Source of the DNA: Thermoplasmata archaeon
Lineage (GTDB): Archaea; Thermoplasmatota; Thermoplasmata; Lutacidiplasmatales; UBA184
NCBI GenBank assembly: GCA_035532555.1
Contig: DATKQS010000024.1
Location: forward strand, 162,262-226,261
Reading direction: 5' to 3'
Length of the DNA: 64,000 nt
The position numbers and the translations under genes are program-made. Positions 1-8,776 of this stretch are shown in pieces; within the stretch, counting starts at the first letter, position 1; each line of letters starts with the position of its first letter. A model generated the notes under the pieces. It did no database searches, had not been told where the DNA came from, and saw only the letters and a list, made by a program, of their open reading frames with translations.

Positions 1-479
1 GGGTGGCCGCGTTCTGGACCTCCGAGCGAGAGCGACCCGAGTTCGCCGCGGCCCTATCGGTCGCGATCCACCACCCGAACCCGCACGAGCGCCTGGTTCC
101 GGTCCTGGCCGAGCTCTCCGGCGCGCCGGTCGGCGCCGCCCTCCTCTATCGCTACCGGAACATGGCCGGGATCTTCGGGGTCACGACGCAGCCCGAGGCA
201 CGGGGACGTGGCGTGGCCAGCGATCTCACCGGCTGGGTCGTGGCGGAGGAAATCGCCGGGCCTGGCTGCCCGTACTTCGTCCTCGCCGATTCCGCCCGAC
301 TGGAAGAGCGGCTCGTGACCCTCGGTTTCCATCCCGTTCGCACCTTCCGCGAGTACGAGCTCGCGTCGGAGATCTCCCTCGCATTGCCCTCCCCCGGGGC
401 TCCCGGAACTCCTCGATGGAGGCCCCCGCGTGCTCCGCCAACGGTCACTCGTTCGGACGGCGCAGGCTCTCGAGCTTGA
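1..479 (+). CDS. GNAT-family N-acetyltransferase, C-terminal fragment (5' end lies outside the window)
   Basis: ORF open to the window edge. GNAT-like core around 'YRYRNMAGIFGVTTQPEARGRGVASDL' (motif A Q/RxxGxG/A). The 3' end is convergent with and overlaps ppsA, so the true stop is uncertain. Confidence 0.4.
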   Translation, partial: VAAFWTSERERPEFAAALSVAIHHPNPHERLVPVLAELSGAPVGAALLYRYRNMAGIFGVTTQPEARGRGVASDLTGWVVAEEIAGPGCPYFVLADSARLEERLVTLGFHPVRTFREYELASEISLALPSPGAPGTPRWRPPRAPPTVTRSDGAGSRA

Positions 480-2793
480 GTCGCTGCTCGAGCGAGGCGA
501 TCGTACGGATGGTCGGGATCACCGTGTCCGCGTTGAGGGAGATCGAGTCGATCCCCTGACGGACCAGGAACTCGGCGAACTCGGGGTAGACGCTCGGGCC
601 CTGCCCGCAGATCCCCACGGTCCGACCCTCGGCGTGGGCCCCCTCGATCAGGAGCTCGATCGCGCGCAGCACCGCCGGGTCGCGCTCGTCGAAGTATCCC
701 ATCCGGCCCAGCGTCTCCGAATCGCGGTCGGCCCCGAGCACGAGTTGAGTAAGGTCGTTCGAGCCGATGGAGAACCCATCGCAATGCTTGGAGAACTCGC
801 GAGCGAGGAGGACGGTGGACGGGACCTCCGCCATCAGATAGAGCTGGAAGTCCCGGGACCGCCGCAGGCCGGCCTCGCGCATCATCGTCGCGATCTCTTC
901 GAGCTCCCAGGTGTTCCGGACGAACGGCAGCATCACATGGGCGTTCTTCAAACCCATCTCGGTCCGGATGCGATGGATCGCCTCGAGCTCGCACAGGAAC
1001 GCCGGTCGGTAGACCGGCGAGATGTACCGAGAGCAGCCGCGCCAGCCGATCATCGGGTTCTCTTCGACCGGTTCGTAGGCCTCTCCGCCGGGCATCCCGC
1101 GGTACTCGTTCGTCTTGAAGTCGGAGGTCCGGATGATCACCGGGCGCGGGTAGAACGCCTGGCAGACCTTGGCGAGCCCGTCGGCGAGCCGGCGGACGAG
1201 CTCCTCCTTGCGGCCCTCCTTCAGGAGCTTGAGCGGGTGCTCGCGAACGTGGGCCGTGAAGATGAACTCGATGCGCAACAGGCCGACGCCATTCACCGGG
1301 AGCTGAGCGTACTCCGCCGCCTTTTCCGGTACGCCGACGTTCACGTAGATCTTCGTGGCGGTGACGGGAGAGGCGTGTCCTCCCATGCCCAGCACGCTCG
1401 CCGCCGGTGTCGGAGCCGGGGCGGCGCGCCGCCCGCGGTAGACCTGACCGGTCTTTCCGTCCACCGTGACCTCGGTCCCGTCGACGATCGTGTGGGTCGC
1501 GGTCCGCGTCCCGACGACGCACGGGACACCGAGCTCGCGCGAGACGATGGCTGCGTGACAGGTCATCCCGCCCTCGTCCGTGACGATCGCGGCCGCATGG
1601 GCCATCGCGGGCACCATGTCCGGCGTCGTCATCGACGTGACGAGCACCTCACCGGGGCGTAGCTTCTCCATGTCGGCCGCGCCCTGGAGGATCCGCGCGA
1701 CGCCGCTCGCGACCCCGGGGCTCGCTCCGAATCCGCGCAGGATCGCGGCCTCGGGCTCGGGTGCGGCCTCGATCGGAGCGGCTTGCGCCTGGCCGGGGGA
1801 GGGAGCCTTTGCGGCTCCCGCGCTCCGGGCCTCCTTGTTCGGTATCGTGGTCACGGGACGGGCTTGGACAATATAGAGAGCGTGGGCGTCGGCGCACCAC
1901 TCCACATCCATCGGCCGCCGATAGTGCGACTCGATGACGCGGGCGAGCGACGCGAGCCGGAGGATCCGCTCGTCCGAGAGCTTTTGCACGTTCTGCTCGG
2001 CGGCCGGGATCGCCTCGTGCCGGTTCCCGCCCCCCTCCGCGCGGACGATGCGCACGCGCTGTTCGGAGATCAGTTTCTGGACCACCTGCTGGCTGATGCC
2101 GTCGATGACGTAGTGGTCGGGCGTGACCTCGCCGCCGACGATCGCTTCCCCGAGGCCCCAGCCGGCCTCGATGATCATGTGGTTCTCACCGGTGTTCGGG
2201 TCCCGGGTGAACAGGATCCCGCTGACAGTGGATTCGACCATCTTCTGGATGAGCACCGCGAGCTTCACGTCGGCGTGCTCGAAGCCCTTCCGACCGCGGT
2301 AGGAGATGACACGCGGGGTGAAGACCGAGCTCCAGCAGCGGCGGATCGCATCCAGGATCGCTTCCGTACCCCCCACGTTGAGATACGTGTCCTGGAGTCC
2401 GGCGAACGACGCGCCTTCGAGATCCTCCGCGGTGGCGCTCGAGCGGACGGCAGAGAAGCGCACGAGGTGCTCGCGGGCGAACGACTCGTACGCCTCCACG
2501 ATCTCCCGGCGGAGTTCCGGGGGGAACTCGGTCCGGTCGAACGCCGCGCGGATGCGTTGGGATGCGGTCTCCACGCTGTCCGACTTCGACACGTCGAGCT
2601 GACCGAGCGCCGTCGCGATCTCCTTGCGCAAGGTCGGGATCGCCACGAAGCTGGAGTACGCGTCGGTCGTCACCACGAACCCCGGGGGTACCGGAAGCCC
2701 TTCGCGGACCACCTCCCCGAGCTTGCTCGCTTTGCCCCCGACGAGCGCGTGGTCGCGCTCGGAGACGTCCGCGAGCGCGACGATGTTCCTCAT
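445..2793 (-). CDS. ppsA: phosphoenolpyruvate synthase (pyruvate, water dikinase)
   Basis: 782 aa. N-terminal ATP-grasp 'VGGKASKLGE', central phospho-His swivel domain 'GGMTCHAAIVSRELGVPCVVG', C-terminal PEP-utilising TIM-barrel domain. Confidence 0.9.
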   Translation of the reverse strand: MRNIVALADVSERDHALVGGKASKLGEVVREGLPVPPGFVVTTDAYSSFVAIPTLRKEIATALGQLDVSKSDSVETASQRIRAAFDRTEFPPELRREIVEAYESFAREHLVRFSAVRSSATAEDLEGASFAGLQDTYLNVGGTEAILDAIRRCWSSVFTPRVISYRGRKGFEHADVKLAVLIQKMVESTVSGILFTRDPNTGENHMIIEAGWGLGEAIVGGEVTPDHYVIDGISQQVVQKLISEQRVRIVRAEGGGNRHEAIPAAEQNVQKLSDERILRLASLARVIESHYRRPMDVEWCADAHALYIVQARPVTTIPNKEARSAGAAKAPSPGQAQAAPIEAAPEPEAAILRGFGASPGVASGVARILQGAADMEKLRPGEVLVTSMTTPDMVPAMAHAAAIVTDEGGMTCHAAIVSRELGVPCVVGTRTATHTIVDGTEVTVDGKTGQVYRGRRAAPAPTPAASVLGMGGHASPVTATKIYVNVGVPEKAAEYAQLPVNGVGLLRIEFIFTAHVREHPLKLLKEGRKEELVRRLADGLAKVCQAFYPRPVIIRTSDFKTNEYRGMPGGEAYEPVEENPMIGWRGCSRYISPVYRPAFLCELEAIHRIRTEMGLKNAHVMLPFVRNTWELEEIATMMREAGLRRSRDFQLYLMAEVPSTVLLAREFSKHCDGFSIGSNDLTQLVLGADRDSETLGRMGYFDERDPAVLRAIELLIEGAHAEGRTVGICGQGPSVYPEFAEFLVRQGIDSISLNADTVIPTIRTIASLEQRLKLESLRRPNE

Positions 2794-3824
2794 ACATCCT
2801 CCGTGGGGTCGGCCCGTACGAACTGGAAGGCGACGAGGTCGTCCTGCGGGGAATACGGGTGCACGACGTGCTGATCGATCAAGCTCCAGTGGGCGCGACC
2901 GCCGATGCGATTCACCAGATCCTCCGCGCGCACGTCCGCGCCTTCGCGGGCCGTCACTTCGTAGTAGTGTACGACTCCGCCGGGACGGACGATCGTTCCT
3001 ACCGAGGGTAGATACTTAATCCCTTCGTGAGGGAGATTCAGGATGGCGCGATCGACGGGTCTCGCCGAGGAGAGAAAGGCGGCTACGTCGGCTTCGATGG
3101 GCTCCACTCGATCGGCGTAGGGGTAGCGCGAGAGGGTTGAGCGCAAGAGCGCGATCGCGGCGGGGTTGGAATCGACGGCCGTGATCCGACGCGCGCGGCC
3201 GTCTCGGGCGAGCGTGACGGCGAACGGTCCGATGCCGCAGCACAGGTCGTCCACCTCCTCGCCTGCTTCGACATCCTCCGCTACGCGCGCGTGCTCGCGG
3301 GCGAGGCGGGGAGAGAAGTAGGCCCGTTCCAGATCGATGTCGAAGGCGATCCCGTTCTCCCGATGGATCGTCCGGAAATCCCCCGCGCCGGCAAGCGGGA
3401 CCAGCCGTCGACGCCGCTCCGTCCCGTGGACCCCGTGGTCCGCCCCGACGATCCGAGCCCCGGGAACGAATCGCAAGAGCGCCTCTCCGATGTCGGGGCC
3501 CCACCTCTCCAATTCGGGAGGAATGCGGATCAGCACGACATCTCCGACGATATCGAACGAGCGAGGCAGGAGCTCCCGCTCGGTCGCAGGCAGCTGGACG
3601 AGGTCGCGGTATTCGCGCGCGTGAGGCACCGTGAACGGCTCGAACTCTCTCTCGCTCGCCTCGCCGAACCCCGAGGGGATCTCGGCGCCCTCGACGACCG
3701 GTAGAACGATCCACTCCCCGTCGCGCAGAATGCGCAGATCCATGCGCAACGCCCCGAGACGCATGAGCTCGAGGCGCGCCTGCTCGCCGTGGATGCGAGG
3801 GACGACGAGCGCCCGGCTCTTCAT
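2790..3824 (-). CDS. tRNA (guanine37-N1)-methyltransferase, Trm5/TYW2 family
   Basis: 344 aa. Class-I SAM-binding motif 'VDDLCCGIGPFAVTLA' typical of Trm5/Taw2. 4-nt overlap with the ppsA start. Confidence 0.65.
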   Translation of the reverse strand: MKSRALVVPRIHGEQARLELMRLGALRMDLRILRDGEWIVLPVVEGAEIPSGFGEASEREFEPFTVPHAREYRDLVQLPATERELLPRSFDIVGDVVLIRIPPELERWGPDIGEALLRFVPGARIVGADHGVHGTERRRRLVPLAGAGDFRTIHRENGIAFDIDLERAYFSPRLAREHARVAEDVEAGEEVDDLCCGIGPFAVTLARDGRARRITAVDSNPAAIALLRSTLSRYPYADRVEPIEADVAAFLSSARPVDRAILNLPHEGIKYLPSVGTIVRPGGVVHYYEVTAREGADVRAEDLVNRIGGRAHWSLIDQHVVHPYSPQDDLVAFQFVRADPTEDV

Positions 3825-5158
3825 TCAGGTCGACCGTCCGGCCCGTCGAAGAGCAGCGGCAACACTTCGCGGCCGGCGAGGGTGCCCAGGGCGCCTCGAG
3901 CCGCGCTCGCCTCACCGAACTTCGGTCGCTCAGGTCCTCCCGGAGCGGGGGTGATCCCGGCCCCGAAGAGGAGCAACGGCACCGGGTCGTCCGAGTGGCC
4001 CTTCAGAACGACGGGAGTCGCATGATCCGCCGTGACAGCGATCCGAACGTGCCGTAGATCGAGCCCGTCGAGGAAGGGCCCGAAGAACGATCGATCGATC
4101 GCCTCGATGATCTCCTGCTTGAGCCGACCGTCTCCGTCGTGGCCGGGCTCGTCGGGACCCTTGAGGTGCACGTACACGAAGGGGAATGCGTCGAGGGCGG
4201 CCCGCGTCGCGGCCGCACGCTCTCGGTACCCCTCGTCCCGGTCGAGCCCCATCGGTCCGAGGTACCGATCTTCGAGGTGGAGGACGCGTGCGATCCCCCG
4301 CTCCACTGGCATCTCCGTGACGGCAGCTCCCGCTCGGCCGTACTTCGCGGAGAACGTCGGCGGCGGAGTCGATGCGAGGGACCCTGCGTTCCGCACGAGG
4401 AGACCGTTGGCGACCTTGGCCCCGGCTCGGGCGCGTCGCGTGTTGACCGGATCGTCGGCGAGCGCCGCTCGGGCACGTTCCAGGAACAGATTCGTCGCGC
4501 GAGCCGTTCGCACCGCTTCGGGGGACCCGTCGAGGGGCTCGACGCTCGGCACATGAAGGTCGGTGGCCTTTCGCGCCTGGCCCATGCCCCCAATCTTCTC
4601 GTAGAAGGGATCCGCGTTGGAGACATCGGCCGAGAGGGGACCGACGCGGGTCGATCTCAACCAGAGCACTCCCCGGTGCCCGACGGTCGCGTGAACTTCG
4701 GCCCGGATCCCCTCCGTGGCCAACAGGTCCCGAGCGGTGAGCATTCGGGCGAGCTCGATCGCCTCCAGCGTGGCGAGCGACCGGCCGACTCGGGAATCCA
4801 GGATCCGCCCGTCCGGGCCGAGGGTTGCAAAGTTCAGGCGGAACGCCACGTCCCCCGGTGCGAGGTCGATGCCGGCCCCTTCGGCCTCGAGGACGCCGCG
4901 CCCGGGGGAGTCGCGTACCGGATCGTACCCGAGGAGCGCGAAGACCCCCGCGTCGGACTCGGGTGCGATCCCGGGACCGAGCACCACGACCTGGCCCAGC
5001 TGGCCGATCGTGCACGCGTGATCGAGCTGCGGCGTGAACGCCGACTCGGTCGGAGTACGACCGCCGTTCTCGGGAATCGGGCGGTCGGCAAGGCCGTCCA
5101 GGATCACGAGCGCGTAGCGGATGGAGGAAATCCGTGCGAGGGGATCTGCTTCCTGCAT
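3821..5158 (-). CDS. apgM: 2,3-bisphosphoglycerate-independent phosphoglycerate mutase, archaeal type
   Basis: 445 aa. N-terminus 'RYALVILDGLADRP' and the metalloenzyme core match archaeal iPGM (ApgM); alkaline-phosphatase-superfamily fold. Confidence 0.85.
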   Translation of the reverse strand: MQEADPLARISSIRYALVILDGLADRPIPENGGRTPTESAFTPQLDHACTIGQLGQVVVLGPGIAPESDAGVFALLGYDPVRDSPGRGVLEAEGAGIDLAPGDVAFRLNFATLGPDGRILDSRVGRSLATLEAIELARMLTARDLLATEGIRAEVHATVGHRGVLWLRSTRVGPLSADVSNADPFYEKIGGMGQARKATDLHVPSVEPLDGSPEAVRTARATNLFLERARAALADDPVNTRRARAGAKVANGLLVRNAGSLASTPPPTFSAKYGRAGAAVTEMPVERGIARVLHLEDRYLGPMGLDRDEGYRERAAATRAALDAFPFVYVHLKGPDEPGHDGDGRLKQEIIEAIDRSFFGPFLDGLDLRHVRIAVTADHATPVVLKGHSDDPVPLLLFGAGITPAPGGPERPKFGEASAARGALGTLAGREVLPLLFDGPDGRPE

Positions 5159-5162
5159 CGTC

Positions 5163-5170
5163 TTAATAAA
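5163..5170 (+). promoter_or_regulatory. TATA-like box (TTAATAAA) about 27 bp upstream of the GTG at 5197; probable leaderless promoter
   Basis: Isolated AT-rich octamer in GC-rich DNA at archaeal TATA-to-start spacing. Confidence 0.4.
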
Positions 5171-5196
5171 CGCACGGCGGACTATCGTGCCGTTCC

Positions 5197-6273
5197 GTGC
5201 AGCCGGGTCGCGCCGTTAAGAGTTTCCTGAGAACCCGTCTGGGGTTCATCCTCCTCATTCTCCTCGCAATCGCCGTCGTCGTCGTCACGTACACGTACAT
5301 CGGCGGCCCGCTGCTCGCCATCGTTGCGATGCTCGTCTTCGGGCTCGGTCTCCCGATCTGGGTCGGAACGAGCCGCCCCCGCACCCTCGCGATCATGGGA
5401 ATCGTGATCCTCGTCGTGAGCGCCCCGATCATCACGGTCATCGAGACCGGCGCGATCCTGACCCCGACCTCGGCCGCATCTTCCTCCACCAACCTACCGC
5501 ACGGCAACGGAGGAGCCGTCCTCCAGAACGCCGCTGTCTCGCCGTTCGTTTCGGCCTCCGGCTCGACGTTCACCTGGAACGTATCGCTCTACCCGAAGTA
5601 CCTCCCGCCTCAATCGAGCCGTGCGTTGTGGCTCGATCTGTTCATCAGTACCTGTCCCGGTGCGACCGGGACGACCTCCCCGAACTGCGCCGGCGGCTAC
5701 ACCTTCTACCTCTTGAACCGCACGCTGCCCGGCGGTCTCACGAACGGCACGGTCGAATCCTTCACGGACCAGCTCAACGGGACCAACATCTGGTCCTGGC
5801 AGATGGCGGTCGCATTCCACAACGTCACGACCGGGAATCTGACCTGGACGTTCCTGATCGGGGACCCGACGTACAACGGGATCGAGGGACCCATCACGGG
5901 GAACTACTGGAGCACCTACGGCCTCCTCATCGGAACGATCTACGAGGCCGTGCTGTTCTACCTTGGGCTCGTTTTCTTCATCGCGCTGCTCATCTACATG
6001 GTCTTCAAGAACCGCAAGCGCAAGCGCCTGGATCAGGCCGCGCGCGCGAACCCGCCGCCTCCCATCGATGCCGACGCCTCGGCCGCTGCGTCCCCCTCGG
6101 CACCCGCGCCCGCCCTTCCTCCCCCGGCGCTGACTCCGGTCGCCGAGGCGGCCTGCCCCAACTGTGCGGCGGTCGTCTACCCGGGAGAGAAGGTCTGCTG
6201 GAAGTGCGGAACGAAGCTCACGTCGCCCCCACCCTCGGGCGGATCTCCCCTTCCGTCCGCTCCAAAGGGCTAG
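5197..6273 (+). CDS. membrane glycoprotein-like protein with C-terminal cytoplasmic zinc ribbon
   Basis: GTG start. Three N-terminal TM helices. Extracytoplasmic domain with at least 7 N-glycosylation sequons (NVS, NRT, NGT, NGT, NVT, NLT). A fourth TM helix followed by the basic stretch KNRKRKR, a Pro/Ala-rich linker and 'CPNCAAVVYPGEKVCWKCG' (CxxC...CxxC). Confidence 0.5.
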   Translation: MQPGRAVKSFLRTRLGFILLILLAIAVVVVTYTYIGGPLLAIVAMLVFGLGLPIWVGTSRPRTLAIMGIVILVVSAPIITVIETGAILTPTSAASSSTNLPHGNGGAVLQNAAVSPFVSASGSTFTWNVSLYPKYLPPQSSRALWLDLFISTCPGATGTTSPNCAGGYTFYLLNRTLPGGLTNGTVESFTDQLNGTNIWSWQMAVAFHNVTTGNLTWTFLIGDPTYNGIEGPITGNYWSTYGLLIGTIYEAVLFYLGLVFFIALLIYMVFKNRKRKRLDQAARANPPPPIDADASAAASPSAPAPALPPPALTPVAEAACPNCAAVVYPGEKVCWKCGTKLTSPPPSGGSPLPSAPKG

Positions 6274-6337
6274 ACGAAACGGCGAACGCCGGCTCCGGGG
6301 AGCGGACTGGGTGGTTGGAGCCGGCCCGATCTCGACT

Positions 6338-6910
6338 CTACGAGAGCGTCGTGTAGATCGAATCGTACCAGGTACCCTGACCGGTCGCGTACAGGATGTT
6401 CCCGCCGGGCTGCCCGTGCGCCGAACCGGTGTCGATCCACAGCGTCATCGCAAGGGTCAATGCATTGTCCGTCGAGTATCCCGGACCTGCGGTCCATCCC
6501 GTGCTCGATCCGGCCTGGGGACCGGGAGCGTACGCCACGAGATGATTGGATGCGTCGATGAACGTGAAGTTCCAACTCGTGGTCGAGACGGTGAGGCCGC
6601 TTGCGTTTTGCACGTAGAGGCTGAATGAGGAGGGCGCCACACCGTGGTCCGCGGTCTGGATCTGGACCGCCCAGCAGTAGTCGCCTGCCGCGCAGCCGAT
6701 TTGCCCGACGGCCGGCTGATGCACGGTCGAAGTGCCGAACGCGAAGTTAGACTGTAACGGCGTACCCGAGTGTCCGAGGAGCGGAATCAGGAGCGTGTAG
6801 AGCACCCCAGCGATGATCACGGTAATCGCGACCAGGAGGATCGTGGCGATGATCGGGGAGACTCCACGCCGGCCGCGTCGCAACCGCCTTCGACGGATCC
6901 GTGGGTTCAT
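6338..6910 (-). CDS. archaeal type IV pilin-like protein (class III signal peptide)
   Basis: N-terminus 'RRGRRGVSPIIATILLVAITVIIAGVLYTLL' is the canonical archaeal prepilin/flagellin signal (basic residues, then G|VSP, then a hydrophobic helix). About 150-aa beta-rich domain with NAS/NFT sequons. Confidence 0.7.
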   Translation of the reverse strand: MNPRIRRRRLRRGRRGVSPIIATILLVAITVIIAGVLYTLLIPLLGHSGTPLQSNFAFGTSTVHQPAVGQIGCAAGDYCWAVQIQTADHGVAPSSFSLYVQNASGLTVSTTSWNFTFIDASNHLVAYAPGPQAGSSTGWTAGPGYSTDNALTLAMTLWIDTGSAHGQPGGNILYATGQGTWYDSIYTTLS

Positions 6911-7192
6911 GACTTCCTACTTCCGAGCAAACCGGGGCTCTTCGGCACCGGACGACCCCCTCCCGCATTTGAAGCTTGAGCCCGAGTGGTCGGCCCATAT
7001 GGGACGCCGTCATGCGAACGAGTCGGTCGGTACCACGTCCGGTGCGGCCCGGAGGCCGTGAACCGCGAGACGGTTATACACGCGGAGAACGGAGAAGTTG
7101 CCCGTTCGACCGGGCATGTAATCCGTTTGACACGTCAGAGGCGGCGCGATCGGACCTAGTAGGCTCGTTACTGAGGCAGCGCGCGACGCATG

Positions 7193-7200
7193 TTTAAGTA
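7193..7200 (+). promoter_or_regulatory. TATA-like box (TTTAAGTA) upstream of the RHH/FtsZ-like cassette
   Basis: AT-rich element 8 bp before the ATG at 7208 and about 29-32 bp before in-frame GTG codons at 7229/7232; the latter fit a leaderless start better. Confidence 0.4.
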
Positions 7201-7207
7201 GCTGAAA

Positions 7208-7729
7208 ATGTGTTCATTTGGCGCAGTCGTGTTCGACAACGTTTCAAAGCGGGGAAACGGTCGCTCTCGCGAGCGGACGTCTCCCCCGAAGGACCCGGAG
7301 GAAGCGCGCATCGCCCTACGGTGCAACCGCAAGGAGCTCGAGCTGCTCGACTCGTTCGTCGCGGACGGCGAGTTCGAGAGCCGCTCGGAGCTCGTGCGGG
7401 GGGCGCTGCACGCCTTTCTTCGCGCCCGAGCGCTGTCGGCCGCACCGACCCCCCGCGTGGATTCGGAGGGCCTCATGGAGGTCCCCGTCCGCCTGCGCCC
7501 CGACGAGGTAGCGACCTGGGAAGCATACGCCAAAACCATCGCCAATGGCCGACCCGTGGCGGATCTCTTAGCCGAGGCCGTCCGCCACTACGAGCACAAG
7601 CACGAACTGGTCGACCTCGCGAAGCACGGGCGGGAGCGGGTTCGAGACGCCGTGGACAGCCGAGCCAAGGTGCATGCGCTCGGCGAGAGCGGCCGCGACC
7701 TCGAACGGAAGGGGATGGTCGGTCGGTAA
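7208..7729 (+). CDS. tandem ribbon-helix-helix (CopG/Arc/MetJ-like) DNA-binding protein
   Basis: Two consecutive RHH units: 'ARIALRCNRKELELLDSFVADGEFESRSELVRGALHAFL' and 'VPVRLRPDEVATWEAYAKTIANGRPVADLLAEAVRHY', then a roughly 45-aa charged helical tail. True start possibly GTG at 7229/7232. Confidence 0.6.
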   Translation: MCSFGAVVFDNVSKRGNGRSRERTSPPKDPEEARIALRCNRKELELLDSFVADGEFESRSELVRGALHAFLRARALSAAPTPRVDSEGLMEVPVRLRPDEVATWEAYAKTIANGRPVADLLAEAVRHYEHKHELVDLAKHGRERVRDAVDSRAKVHALGESGRDLERKGMVGR

Positions 7730-7732
7730 GAC

Positions 7733-8686
7733 GTGGTCAGCGGGGTTCGAGCGCGATGCAGAACAGGGGTGGGGGCGACGTACGAGACGGAGCAGCGAGC
7801 AATCGACGAGCATAACCCGGCGCTGGGGAACGGCGCCGTGGACACGAGCGACGGTCCGGAGGGCTGGCGGTTGGGCCACGACATCCGGTTCGTCCTGGTC
7901 GCGGTCGGCGGGGGCGGAGTTCGGATCGGGCGCGAGGTCGCCCGACGCAGGATCCGGCACCTGGAGACCGTCGCCATCAACTGCGATCCCAAGGTCCAAG
8001 GGTTCGACGAGTTCGACCGTCGGATCTATCTAGGCCCCGAAACCGGCGAAGAGATCGACACGGGAGGTTCGGCGTTCATCGGCGGCGTCCTCGCGCGCGC
8101 GGCGGAGCCCGCGCTCGAACGTCTGTTCGATGGCGCGACGTTCGTGGTCATCCTCGGCAGCCTTGGAGGCGGTGCCGGGAGCGGCGCGCTCCCCCACGTC
8201 CTCGAGGTCGCCAGCCGGCACGGGCACCTCGTCAGCACGTTCGTCGTCAAGCCGTTCCGCTGCGAGGGCGAGCGCCGGGCGCTCGCCGAGCGCGCGGTCG
8301 GCCGTCTCCAGATGGTCCAGTCGTTCGTGGAGAAGCAGAACCGCGGACGCGCGACCCTCAAGGTCCTGGACAATGAATCGCTCGTCCACACCTTCGGGCC
8401 CGTCGCGTTCACCAAGGTCGCCGGCTACTGGGCCGATGTGGTCTCCGAACACATCCAGTCCTCAATCATCGGCGAATTCGAATCCGCGATCACCGCGAAC
8501 TGGACGTCGTCGGCCGTGGTGCCGTCCGAGCTCTCGAGCCCCGTGGTCCGTTCGACCGACCCGACCCCGACCGGGGTGACCCCTCCGTCGCTCCCCAGCC
8601 CTCTTCCCGCGGCGGATGCGTCGCCTCTCGAGGCCGGCCTCACGATCGAGATCGTCACCGAGATGCGTCCGCGGGAGCTCCGCTAG
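7733..8686 (+). CDS. FtsZ/tubulin-superfamily GTPase, truncated (GTPase domain only, no FtsZ C-terminal domain)
   Basis: GTG start 3 nt after the RHH stop. T1 loop 'VLVAVGGGGVRIG'. Tubulin signature 'GSLGGGAGSGALP'. 'VKPFRCEGERRALAERAV' aligns with FtsZ 'TKPFSFEGRKRMQQAEEGI'. 'VAINCDPK' matches FtsZ 'IAINTDAQ'. The protein ends about 50 aa after the T7 region in a Ser/Pro/Thr-rich tail whose terminal peptide is 'GLTIEIVTEMRPRELR'. The N-terminus may be shorter (alternative GTG near 7838). Confidence 0.75.
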   Translation: MVSGVRARCRTGVGATYETEQRAIDEHNPALGNGAVDTSDGPEGWRLGHDIRFVLVAVGGGGVRIGREVARRRIRHLETVAINCDPKVQGFDEFDRRIYLGPETGEEIDTGGSAFIGGVLARAAEPALERLFDGATFVVILGSLGGGAGSGALPHVLEVASRHGHLVSTFVVKPFRCEGERRALAERAVGRLQMVQSFVEKQNRGRATLKVLDNESLVHTFGPVAFTKVAGYWADVVSEHIQSSIIGEFESAITANWTSSAVVPSELSSPVVRSTDPTPTGVTPPSLPSPLPAADASPLEAGLTIEIVTEMRPRELR

Positions 8687-8746
8687 GGCACTCTACCGCT
8701 CCGCCCGGTCGCCGGCCGGTTGACACCCCGGCCGGCGACCACAACC

Positions 8747-8753
8747 TTATAAT
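8747..8753 (+). promoter_or_regulatory. TATA-like box (TTATAAT) 24 bp upstream of the ATG at 8777
   Basis: Spacing is consistent with leaderless transcription of the small ORF below. Confidence 0.35.
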
Positions 8754-8776
8754 CGGCACTGCATCGAAGTCGCGCG

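Noticed and set aside
152-1662. Long ORFs 152..1522(-) and 430..1662(+), plus several 60-100-aa ORFs, inside ppsA
   Set aside because: Arg/Pro/Gly-rich, low-complexity translations typical of off-frame reading of GC-rich coding DNA. They overlap the clearly recognisable PEP synthase frame entirely.
3016-5230. ORFs 3016..3915(-), 3930..5015(-) and 4139..5230(+) overlapping trm5 and apgM
   Set aside because: Alternative-frame artefacts; the Trm5 and ApgM frames carry family motifs.
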